Source: Candidatus Amphrikana amoebophyrae (lineage in GTDB: Bacteria; Chlamydiota; Chlamydiia; Chlamydiales; JACRBE01). Taken from it: a DNA stretch of 60,898 nucleotides. The stretch spans positions 1 through 60,898 of the forward strand of contig JAUHQG010000042.1 of NCBI GenBank assembly GCA_030408475.1, in the 5' to 3' direction. Below, in pieces: positions 18,818-27,283 of this stretch. The number at the start of each line of letters is the position of its first letter. Within the stretch, counting starts at the first letter, position 1. Both the position numbers and the translations under genes were made by a program. The notes under the pieces were generated by a model, which was not told the DNA's origin, made no database searches, and saw nothing but the letters and a program-made list of their open reading frames with translations.

Positions 18818-19816
18818 TTAAAGATTTTCGTCTTTAATTTCACGACCAAAAAGTTGTTTTACAGCTACACGAGGATCAAGCCCATCATAGACAATCGCAT
18901 AAACAGCTTCAGCTATAGGAAGAGGAGTATTATGCTTTTTAGCGAGCTCCAAAGCGGATACAACTGTATACGAGCCCTCCACTACCATTCCAATTTTAGC
19001 CTTAGCTTTTTCAATATCTAAACCAGAAGCAAGCAAGTTGCCAAATTGATAGTTTCGACTCTTGTCAGAAAGCGATGTAACACATAAATCACCAAGTCCA
19101 GATAAGCCATTAAGTGTTTCAGCTTGAGCTTGTTTAAATGGAGCAAGCTTTCTCATTTCGTGAAGACCGCGAGTGATCATAGCCGCTTTAGCATTTTGAC
19201 CAAAACCGAGTCCATCACAAATGCCTGAAGCAATCGCAATGATATTTTTCATAGCGCCGCCAAAAGCAACACCAAACATGTCTGAATTGGGATATACCCT
19301 AAAGTAATCAGAGCTAAAAATTTGAGAAATCAGAGTGCGCACTTGCTCAGAATGAGCTCCAGCCACAACTGAAGTTGGCGCTTTATGAAGAACTTCATTG
19401 GCTAAACTCGGACCACTCATGCAACCAATTAAATCTTTATGACCTTCACCCAATATTTCTAAAGCAATTTCCGGAAGCAATAAACCAGTTCCCTGCTCAA
19501 TTCCTTTTGAAGTCATCACGAATGGAACGGTTAGTTTTTCAATTTTCAAAATCTCTTTTAAAACAGGTCTAAGCCCTTTAGTTGTGACTGATTCAACAAT
19601 AACATCAACTCCAACAACCGCATCTTTTAAATCAGTTGTGAAACTTAAATTATCTTCAACATGAATACCAGGAAACTTGGGATGTTCGCGGTTCTCTTTT
19701 AACCCCTTGATGATATCTTTTTCAATGGACCACATTATGACAAAGTGCCCATTAGCAGCAAGTAAGTTAGCTAAAGCAAATGCCCAAGCGCCAGAACCAA
19801 GGTAACCAATTCTCAT
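18818..19816 (-). CDS. gpsA: NAD(P)H-dependent glycerol-3-phosphate dehydrogenase
   Basis: GSGAWA, SKGIE, SGPSLA, GGAMKNIIAIASG, GLSGLGDL..T..SRN. Confidence 0.96.
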   Translation of the reverse strand: MRIGYLGSGAWAFALANLLAANGHFVIMWSIEKDIIKGLKENREHPKFPGIHVEDNLSFTTDLKDAVVGVDVIVESVTTKGLRPVLKEILKIEKLTVPFVMTSKGIEQGTGLLLPEIALEILGEGHKDLIGCMSGPSLANEVLHKAPTSVVAGAHSEQVRTLISQIFSSDYFRVYPNSDMFGVAFGGAMKNIIAIASGICDGLGFGQNAKAAMITRGLHEMRKLAPFKQAQAETLNGLSGLGDLCVTSLSDKSRNYQFGNLLASGLDIEKAKAKIGMVVEGSYTVVSALELAKKHNTPLPIAEAVYAIVYDGLDPRVAVKQLFGREIKDENL

Positions 19817-19896
19817 TTATCTGTCCCAATTAAAAATTCATCTATTAGATTATGAGTATAATATAATCCACTATTCTAAGAAAGTGAAAACAGCTC

Positions 19897-19991
19897 TTTT
19901 AAGCAGCTTAAAACCCAAGTTGTGTGTAAGGAGCTGAATTCAAAAATTGGCCATTGCATCTAATTTTTTGAAATGGCTATCACACACAACT
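19897..19991. repeat. Intergenic palindrome plus imperfect hairpin
   Basis: TTTTAAGC-A-GCTTAAAA (19897-19913), then AGTTGTGTG..TTCAAAAATTGG / CTAATTTTTTGAA..CACACAACT (19918-19991). Confidence 0.65.
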
Positions 19992-19998
19992 GAAGTTC

Positions 19999-20898
19999 CT
20001 AATTAACTAAAGCGGGATCAAGTGCTGGCTCAATATGATCTAGCACCTCATTAACTGAAAGCTCTTTGAGATCTTCAAAAACAAGAGGAATATGCTCTAA
20101 CAATCGATTAGGAGATTTTACTCCTGCTTTCAATACCCCTTGCTTTGGATCTGACCAAAGAGAAATAATCTTAAGCGGAAAGTTGGCATCAATAAAGTAA
20201 ATAAGAGATAATATTCCAGAGTCGGGCGCCACTAAATGTGTACACCTATTTTTGATCACACTTAAAGTCTCAATTAAACTTAGTTCTCCTCTAAGATCTG
20301 TAACGTTACACATATCAAAATCGTTATCTGATTTGAGTCCAAACAAGATAACTTCAACACCCAATTCTTGGGTTAGTTTACCAATTAACTCTTTCCATTT
20401 TACTTTAGGCCAGTTTTTATCATAGCCATAAAATTGACCTGTTTCGGTTGAAACATGCATACCAACGCAAACAGTTTTCTCTTCTCTTTCTAACTGATCT
20501 AAAGCAAAATTCCATTCTAGTTTCGGCACTATTTTTCCCAATTGATCGCTAAGCCAATAAGTTGGATCTGGCTTAAGAATAATAATATCATACTGAGATT
20601 GATCCAATCTTTGATCAATTATATAGCATTCACCTCGAATCATTGCAGGATCAACAATCACTTCTACATCATTTAATAATTTCATCGGCTGCTCTAAATC
20701 AGGGCGCGTGATAAAAGTAATTTTAGCATCAGGAATATAATCACGAATACGAGAACAAAGTCCATAAAGCCCCAAAGCAATGTCGCCCATTCCACGATTC
20801 CAAAGGATCAAAAATGATTTTTGACCTTTATTTCTCGCAACAGCCAATTGTCTTTTAAAAGGGTTAGGCATGATTTTTCGAATCAATCGTTTAAACAA
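19999..20898 (-). CDS. Glycosyltransferase family 9 (heptosyltransferase-like)
   Basis: RGMGDI, KNWPKVKW, DLRGELSL, LVAPDSG. Confidence 0.8.
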   Translation of the reverse strand: MFKRLIRKIMPNPFKRQLAVARNKGQKSFLILWNRGMGDIALGLYGLCSRIRDYIPDAKITFITRPDLEQPMKLLNDVEVIVDPAMIRGECYIIDQRLDQSQYDIIILKPDPTYWLSDQLGKIVPKLEWNFALDQLEREEKTVCVGMHVSTETGQFYGYDKNWPKVKWKELIGKLTQELGVEVILFGLKSDNDFDMCNVTDLRGELSLIETLSVIKNRCTHLVAPDSGILSLIYFIDANFPLKIISLWSDPKQGVLKAGVKSPNRLLEHIPLVFEDLKELSVNEVLDHIEPALDPALVN

Positions 20899-21917
20899 GG
20901 AATACTCTCCACTAGCATTAATAATTTATCATAAACTTCATCGCTGCTAATACGTTTCATACAGCGAAAATCGATAGGGCAAACTCTTTTATAGCATGGA
21001 GAACATGAGACATGTTTATGAATCACTTCACCCCATTGATACGGTCCTGTTTTCACATCCGAAGTAGAACCAAAAAGGGCTAAAAGAGGGACTTGAATAG
21101 CTGCCGCCATATGCATAGGGCCGCTATCGTTTGTTAAAAAAGCTTTGCACTGTGAAATTAAAGCGGCCAATTCTCGAATTGTCGTTTTACCACATAAGTT
21201 AACTACTCTTGGTCCTAATTCATTGCAAATCTCTTCACACATTTTAAAGGTTTCTTGGGTGCCAAAAAAGATCACTTGAACCTCGTCATCATTATCGATT
21301 AAATCTTTTGCTACTTTTGCAAATCTTTTGGGGAGCCAACATTTGGCTGATCCGTAGGCGGCACCGGGATTAATCCCTACCACTTTGGAAAATTTAGGGT
21401 TGATGAACTTTTTGACCGCCAATTTTTCATCTTTCGTTATGTAAAGCATAGGTTTAGCTGAACTGGGGGGCAAGCCTACTCTGGCTAAAATTTGCTTGTA
21501 AGTCATGACTTGATGGCGCGACTGAATATCATCTGGTTCATACGCTCGAAAATTAAGAAAAACTCTTCTCGCCCCTTTTCCAAAGCCAAGTCTTTGTTTC
21601 ACACCCGCTTTATAAAACCAATAAGCTGAAGAAATTGAATTAGTAAGCAACACCCCTAAATCAAAATTTTCCTTGCTTATTTTTTCAATAACCTCACCCC
21701 CTCTTAAGCGATCTAATTTTTTAGGCAAACGATCAAAAGTGATAATTTGATTAATATTAGGGTCTTTTTTTAGGATTTGAGCAACGGGATTGACACATAA
21801 AACAGCGATATGCGCTTTAGGAAAAGCGTACCGCAAATCGTGCAATATAGGGGTGGCCATAACTAAATCACCGATCCAGTTTGGCATTCTTACTATTATC
21901 TTTTCATAGTTCAACAT
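20883..21917 (-). CDS. waaF: Lipopolysaccharide heptosyltransferase II
   Basis: PNWIGDLVMATP, INPGAAYGSAKCW, TNDSGPMHMAAA, CSPC..R.CP; start moved to ATG 21917 to avoid the ruvC overlap. Confidence 0.9.
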   Translation of the reverse strand: MLNYEKIIVRMPNWIGDLVMATPILHDLRYAFPKAHIAVLCVNPVAQILKKDPNINQIITFDRLPKKLDRLRGGEVIEKISKENFDLGVLLTNSISSAYWFYKAGVKQRLGFGKGARRVFLNFRAYEPDDIQSRHQVMTYKQILARVGLPPSSAKPMLYITKDEKLAVKKFINPKFSKVVGINPGAAYGSAKCWLPKRFAKVAKDLIDNDDEVQVIFFGTQETFKMCEEICNELGPRVVNLCGKTTIRELAALISQCKAFLTNDSGPMHMAAAIQVPLLALFGSTSDVKTGPYQWGEVIHKHVSCSPCYKRVCPIDFRCMKRISSDEVYDKLLMLVESIPCLND

Positions 21918-21996
21918 GATACCCAGATTATACACTTTTGGCAGAAAAAAGTGCAAATATCTACGATAATAATGAAAAAAATGATATACGCAGAGC

Positions 21997-22488
21997 ATGA
22001 AAAAAAGAATAGTACTGGGAATTGACCCTGGAACCAAAGTAACTGGCTTTGGAGTGATTGAATATTACTCTCAAAAAATGATCTCACTTGAGTTTGGCAA
22101 TATTTATTCCAAATCAAAAAAACTGGAATATTGTTATTTAACAATTTTTGAAAAACTAGAAGAGCTAATAGAAAAATATCAACCTGACGCTATTTCTGTT
22201 GAAACGCAATTTGTATACAAAAATGTTCAAAGTGCAATGAAACTATCAATGGCCAGAGGGATTGTGATGTTAGTGGCAGCCAAGCATGACATAGAATTTT
22301 TTGAATATGCCCCTAAAAAAGCAAAACTAGCTGTCACAGGCAATGGTGGAGCCTCTAAACATCAAGTTCAAAAAATGATAGCGATGATATTAAATATAAA
22401 AAACAATTTACCCCCTGAAGATGCTGCTGATGCATTAGCCCTTGCCATTTGCCACGCGCACAACTCAAAAGGACTCACATATGTATGA
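21997..22488 (+). CDS. ruvC: Holliday junction resolvase RuvC
   Basis: LGIDPG, VTGNGGASK, DAADALALAICH. Confidence 0.97.
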   Translation: MKKRIVLGIDPGTKVTGFGVIEYYSQKMISLEFGNIYSKSKKLEYCYLTIFEKLEELIEKYQPDAISVETQFVYKNVQSAMKLSMARGIVMLVAAKHDIEFFEYAPKKAKLAVTGNGGASKHQVQKMIAMILNIKNNLPPEDAADALALAICHAHNSKGLTYV

Positions 22489-23071
22489 ATATATTATTGG
22501 AAAGTGTACATCTCTATCACCTGAAAGCGCCATTATAGAAACAGGAGGCATTGGCTATTTAATCTATATACCTTTAAGCGCTTTTTCACAAAAACTGAGT
22601 ATTGGAAAAGAGGTGAAACTCTACTTATCACCTGTATATCGCGAAGATTCTCAAAAATTATTTGGATTTTTAACGCAGCAAGAGAGAGAAACCTTTAAAA
22701 AGCTAAGTTCGATTTCAGGAATTGGCCCCAAAACAGCGCTATCACTAGTGGGTCACATGAGTTTAGATGAATTTAGACTAGCCATCACAACAGCGAATGC
22801 CAAACTCATTTCAAAAGTACCAGGGATAGGAAAAAAAACGGCTGAAAGAGTGATTATTGAAATGAGAGATAAAGTGGGCATTGCCCCTAAAGCATCGATG
22901 ATGCCGCTGACTAATCCGGAAGATCACATGATTTCAGATGGAGTGAATGCCCTAATTAATCTTGGATATAATAATGATAAGGCGCTAAAAGCAGTACAAA
23001 AAGCGATTGAACTTAGTGAAAGTGAGCCCAAATTAGAGTGGGTGATCAAGCACGCTTTGCAAATCATTTAA
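22481..23071 (+). CDS. ruvA: Holliday junction DNA helicase subunit RuvA
   Basis: MYEYIIG, ISGIGPKTAL, VPGIGKKTAER, ALINLGY; ATG 22481 with AGGA RBS. Confidence 0.96.
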   Translation: MYEYIIGKCTSLSPESAIIETGGIGYLIYIPLSAFSQKLSIGKEVKLYLSPVYREDSQKLFGFLTQQERETFKKLSSISGIGPKTALSLVGHMSLDEFRLAITTANAKLISKVPGIGKKTAERVIIEMRDKVGIAPKASMMPLTNPEDHMISDGVNALINLGYNNDKALKAVQKAIELSESEPKLEWVIKHALQII

Positions 23072-23095
23072 GAGCGTATTGAAAAACTATTCTAG

Positions 23096-24196
23096 TTAGT
23101 CGAGCTTCGCCGGTGTTTCTGCACCATCTGGAGTTGGTGTCATTTCTACCTCAGTTCCTGAATTTTTATATACTGCTACCGCTAAGCTTATACCCACAAG
23201 AGCTTGCACCCCATATGAGCCATACTTCACAGCTGTACCGGCTCCAGGAATAAATACGTCGAGCACAGTTGACACCCCTTCACAAAAAACATGAGCTGCA
23301 TAAAAAGCTAATAAAGCTCCTTCTGACGACTGGGTCGGATTCAACTCCTTTTTTAAATGTGCCCACGCTGCTTGCGCTTTTGGCCTTTCAGATTTAGATT
23401 TGTCGGCTAATTTTGCTTTTGTATATAGTAAAATAGCAGTGCCTCCATATCCTACTAAGTCAGAAGCTCCAGCAAATTTAGTTAATACTTTAATAACAGC
23501 TAAAGCGACACCAGCAGGAGGACAAGCTACAAAAATCAATGGAGCAAGCCATGAAGGTATAGCATGCCCTAGGCAAGAAACTATATTCATAACATCTTTA
23601 CCCATGAGTCCAAGCGAGTTTAGAGACTTTTCAAAATACTCACCGGCAAACTCTTTGGCATGTTTGTTACCAGAGGTTCCTATGAAAGTGGCTAAAAGAG
23701 CCACAAAAAAGCACCCTATTGCATGAAGAGTATGAAGTGGCAATTTAACGGCTGATACGAGTATCCCTATAATCCCTTTTAAAACATTGGCAACCTCAAC
23801 ATTAATCGCTCCTTGAACGGCTACGGCTAAAGCATTTAATAAGTGCGCTCCCGCATCTATAGGATGGCCATGATACATTGACAAAGCAAAATTCTTTAAA
23901 GATGTTTTGGCTAAACCAAGGTCTTTTTTAGAAGCGATGAAAAAATCTGTCGACCATTGCTCAGTGACAAAATCATTTTCTCAAGAACAAATACCCGGAA
24001 GTGGATTTCTAAGGGCCCAATCAAAATCGGTGCAGGTCCAAATAGCTTGACCACTGCTGTCGACTATTTTAGCCGCAGCTTCAGATGTTTTACGTACTGG
24101 GTCGCCTATCGAACCGGCTGAACCGGCTGAACCGGCTGATACTGAAGAATCTGTTCCCAATAAAGGGGTGCTATTTTCCCCTACTGCTGCTGACAT
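23096..24196 (-). pseudogene. Effector/Inc-like membrane protein interrupted by one in-frame TGA (nonsense mutation or recoding)
   Basis: ORFs 23981-24196 and 23096-23884 share a frame; the 32 codons between them are open (ENDFVTEQWSTDFFIASKKDLGLAKTSLKNFA); only TGA at 23981-23983 interrupts. Confidence 0.7.
24111..24138. repeat. 9-bp tandem repeat (GAACCGGCT x3) encoding SAG repeats
   Basis: Seen directly; translates as SAGSAGSAGS. Confidence 0.85.
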
Positions 24197-24333
24197 AATT
24201 TCCCCCTTCCTTTAAAATCGTTATACTCTATTATATCAAAAAAAATACTTTATTGCACAACCTCGACTATCACCCTTATTATTAATACGTTATGTAATTA
24301 TAGCTTGTTAAAAACATCCATAAAAGGAGGGTG

Positions 24334-24362
24334 TTGCTCAAAAGCCCCCTTTTCTCTATACT
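24334..24362 (+). promoter_or_regulatory. Putative sigma66 promoter immediately before the mnmE ATG
   Basis: TTGCTC-17 bp-TATACT, 7 nt before ATG 24370. Confidence 0.6.
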
Positions 24363-24369
24363 CCTCTTC

Positions 24370-25719
24370 ATGAATATGAATGAAACTATCGCTGCTATAG
24401 CTACACCTCCCGGAACGGGCGGTATTGCCGTTATCCGCATTTCTGGCTCAAAGGCGATCGAAATCGCCAATAAGCTCTTTTCTAAAGATGTATTTGCCCT
24501 CAAGACCCACACCCTTACTTTTGGCAAGGTTTTAGATCAATTTAGGGCTCAAATCGATGAAGTTTTGCTCGCCATTATGAAAGCTCCCCGCTCTTTTACC
24601 GGGGAAGATGTGATTGAAATTCATTGCCACGGTGGCGCTTTAATCTCTCAAAAAGTGCTTTCTCGATGTTTAGAGTGTGGCGCAAAAGCGGCTGGGCCGG
24701 GTCAATTTTCTCAAAGAGCCTTTTTAAATGGCAAACTCGATCTCTCTCAAGCAGAAGCGATTCAACAACTCATTCATGCTAAATCTGAAAAGGCGACTCA
24801 AGCGGCGGCCAATCAACTTAAGGGAAGCTTATCGAGTCATATTAAACAGTTTCAACACTCTCTCACTCAAATTGCCGCTATTATAGAAGCTTGGGTCGAT
24901 TATCCCGAAGAAGGGCTCGAATTTGCCTCCAAAGAAGAGATCATTTCAGAGCTCCAAACTATATATAGTTCTCTTTTTAAACTTCAAAGTACATTTCATG
25001 AAGGTAAAATCATCTCTCAAGGGGTAAACCTTTGTATTTTAGGTGCTCCCAATGTGGGGAAATCGTCTCTGCTCAATGCACTTTTGGGTTTTGATAGAGC
25101 CATTGTGACTGATATAGCGGGGACCACTCGTGATCTTTTACAAGAAGAAATTACTCTCGGTGGCATTCACTTCAATCTCATTGATACTGCCGGCATTCGC
25201 CAAACAGATGAAATTATAGAAAAAATGGGCATCGAACGATCTAAACAAGCTCAAAAAGAGGCCGATCTTATTTTACTCGTTTTAGATAGCACTCAAACCA
25301 TTTCAAATGATGAAATAAAACTCATCGATTCACTGCCAAAATCAAAAACAATCCTTGTTTGGAATAAAATAGATCACCCCCATTCAACCCCTTCTCCGTA
25401 CGAAAATTCTACCCCAATTTCAGCTAAAAATAACACAGAAATTGTAACGTTACAAAACGACATTCTCCAACTGGTTTTTAATGGAAACGCTCCTGACAAA
25501 TCCCAAGTTACAATAACGCAAGAGCGTCACTACCAAGAACTTACAAGAGCGCTCGAATCACTTAAAAATGTAATCGAAGGGTTAGAATCTGATCTTAGCG
25601 CTGAGTTTATTTCGTTTGATTTAAGAGATGGTTTAAAAGCCCTTGGCCAAATTATCGGAACCAATGTGACAGAAGATATATTAGGCGCTATTTTTTCTAA
25701 ATTTTGTGTGGGAAAATGA
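24370..25719 (+). CDS. mnmE: tRNA modification GTPase MnmE
   Basis: TIAAIATPPGTGGIAVIRISG, GAPNVGKSS, DTAG, NKID, C-terminal FCVGK. Confidence 0.97.
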   Translation: MNMNETIAAIATPPGTGGIAVIRISGSKAIEIANKLFSKDVFALKTHTLTFGKVLDQFRAQIDEVLLAIMKAPRSFTGEDVIEIHCHGGALISQKVLSRCLECGAKAAGPGQFSQRAFLNGKLDLSQAEAIQQLIHAKSEKATQAAANQLKGSLSSHIKQFQHSLTQIAAIIEAWVDYPEEGLEFASKEEIISELQTIYSSLFKLQSTFHEGKIISQGVNLCILGAPNVGKSSLLNALLGFDRAIVTDIAGTTRDLLQEEITLGGIHFNLIDTAGIRQTDEIIEKMGIERSKQAQKEADLILLVLDSTQTISNDEIKLIDSLPKSKTILVWNKIDHPHSTPSPYENSTPISAKNNTEIVTLQNDILQLVFNGNAPDKSQVTITQERHYQELTRALESLKNVIEGLESDLSAEFISFDLRDGLKALGQIIGTNVTEDILGAIFSKFCVGK

Positions 25720-26324
25720 GCCCAAAGCAGATCCAATCCATACTAGAAAAAGAAATACCCCACTTAGAAATTCCCCTCGACCATAAAGATCCCTACACCC
25801 TATTAGTAGCTGTACTTCTCTCAGCTCAATGTACTGACGCTAGAGTCAATTTAGTCACTCCCGCTCTTTTTGCCTTGGCAGACAATCCAAAAGCGATGGC
25901 CCAGCAAAATGTTTCAGAGATTGAAGATATTATTCGCCCATGCGGTTTAGCCCCCACAAAATCCAAAGCGATATTCAATCTCTCTAAAATTTTAGTAGAA
26001 AAATTCAATTCAATCGTTCCTAAAACATTACCAGAGCTCGAAAGTTTGCCAGGAGTGGGTCATAAAACAGCGAGCGTAGTCTTAATTCAAGCTTTTAATA
26101 TACCGGCATTCCCTGTGGACACTCATATATGGCGATGCGCTAAACGGTGGGGTTTATCGGAGGGGAAAAATGTGGCTCAAGTAGAGAGAGATTTAAAAGC
26201 TCTATTCCCCAAAGAGTCGTGGGCAAGGCTTCATTTACAAATCATCTTATTCGCAAGAAAATATTGTCCCGCTAGAAATCATAACGAAAAAAACTGTCCT
26301 ATATGTGGTTATCTAAAGCCATAA
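25716..26324 (+). CDS. nth: Endonuclease III
   Basis: LLSAQCTD, HhH LPGVGHKTA, VDTH; ATGA overlap with the mnmE stop. Confidence 0.95.
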   Translation: MSPKQIQSILEKEIPHLEIPLDHKDPYTLLVAVLLSAQCTDARVNLVTPALFALADNPKAMAQQNVSEIEDIIRPCGLAPTKSKAIFNLSKILVEKFNSIVPKTLPELESLPGVGHKTASVVLIQAFNIPAFPVDTHIWRCAKRWGLSEGKNVAQVERDLKALFPKESWARLHLQIILFARKYCPARNHNEKNCPICGYLKP

Positions 26325-27219
26325 TTTGCCCCATCAAAGCTTTTGTCTCAAAACCTTGATCGGTATGCTCTATTAAATCATGCTCAAATAATATTTTATC
26401 ATGCTCAAATAGCAAGATTAAACTTGATCCTCCAAATGAAAAGTAACCTTTTTCATCCCCCTTTTTATATTCTTTCCCAGGAATATAAGTTTGATGAATA
26501 GATCCTACATATGTCGCTCCAATTTCAATATAGGCAATTGTACCAAAATCTTCGGTTTCTAAAAGAGTAATCACCCGTTTGTTCTGAGATAAATAGTTAA
26601 TATTGCGCTTTAAAGCAATAGGATTCACAGAAAACAAAGGTCCATTAATCAATCTAGGCTCGCCAGGTATACAGTCACATGGGAAATGAAACCTGTGATA
26701 ATCTACAGGAGCCAAGCGGGCTAAAAGCATAGATCCCCAATCAAATCGCTTAATTAACTCTTCATCGCCTCCTAAAAGCTCTTTAAAATTAATTCTTTTT
26801 CCCTTCACCCAAAGATCCGAATGTTCGTAAATGTTTTGCGAAGCTAAATAGCGGCCATCAGCTGGCATCACTAGTACATCTTCATCTTGCACTATTTCAC
26901 GCGCAGAAGGTTTTAATTTTCGGATAAAAAAATCATTAAAAGAGTTAAACGAGTCAACAGGATCCAAAAATTCACTCGAATCGACATTAAACTTTTCAAT
27001 AAAAGGTTTTATTTTAGTGCGTGAAATAGAGGTTTTTTGAATTTTTCCATACCATTTTGATGAAAAAGGGATGCGACAAATAAAGGGCAAAAAAAGTGCA
27101 CCCAATATCTTAGAAAACCAATGGCTTGAGTAGACGCATTTGAGGAAAAAACCGCCGTAAATTTTTTCTTCTTCGATCCGTTTTGTTAGCCTATCAAAAA
27201 TAAGTAGTGATTTCTTCAT
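26299..27219 (-). CDS. psd: Phosphatidylserine decarboxylase
   Basis: FNDFFIRKLK, RLAPVDYHRFHFP, self-cleavage motif FGGS. Confidence 0.95.
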   Translation of the reverse strand: MKKSLLIFDRLTKRIEEEKIYGGFFLKCVYSSHWFSKILGALFLPFICRIPFSSKWYGKIQKTSISRTKIKPFIEKFNVDSSEFLDPVDSFNSFNDFFIRKLKPSAREIVQDEDVLVMPADGRYLASQNIYEHSDLWVKGKRINFKELLGGDEELIKRFDWGSMLLARLAPVDYHRFHFPCDCIPGEPRLINGPLFSVNPIALKRNINYLSQNKRVITLLETEDFGTIAYIEIGATYVGSIHQTYIPGKEYKKGDEKGYFSFGGSSLILLFEHDKILFEHDLIEHTDQGFETKALMGQIMALDNHI

Positions 27220-27283
27220 AGAAGTCCTTTTCTAAAACGACATAATTACCTATAATCGACAAAAAAACAAAGGATACTTTTCC

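Noticed and set aside
21918-22037. N-terminal extension of waaF overlapping ruvC
   Set aside because: The extension covers the divergent promoter region; the conserved sequence starts at ATG 21917.
23981-23983. Genome-wide TGA reassignment (genetic code 4 or 25)
   Set aside because: Conserved genes such as mnmE (FCVGK-TGA) end in TGA at the expected position, and Trp is encoded by TGG.
24324-24369. AGGAGG and GTG 24331 as the mnmE start
   Set aside because: No spacing between SD and GTG; MnmE similarity begins after ATG 24370/24376.
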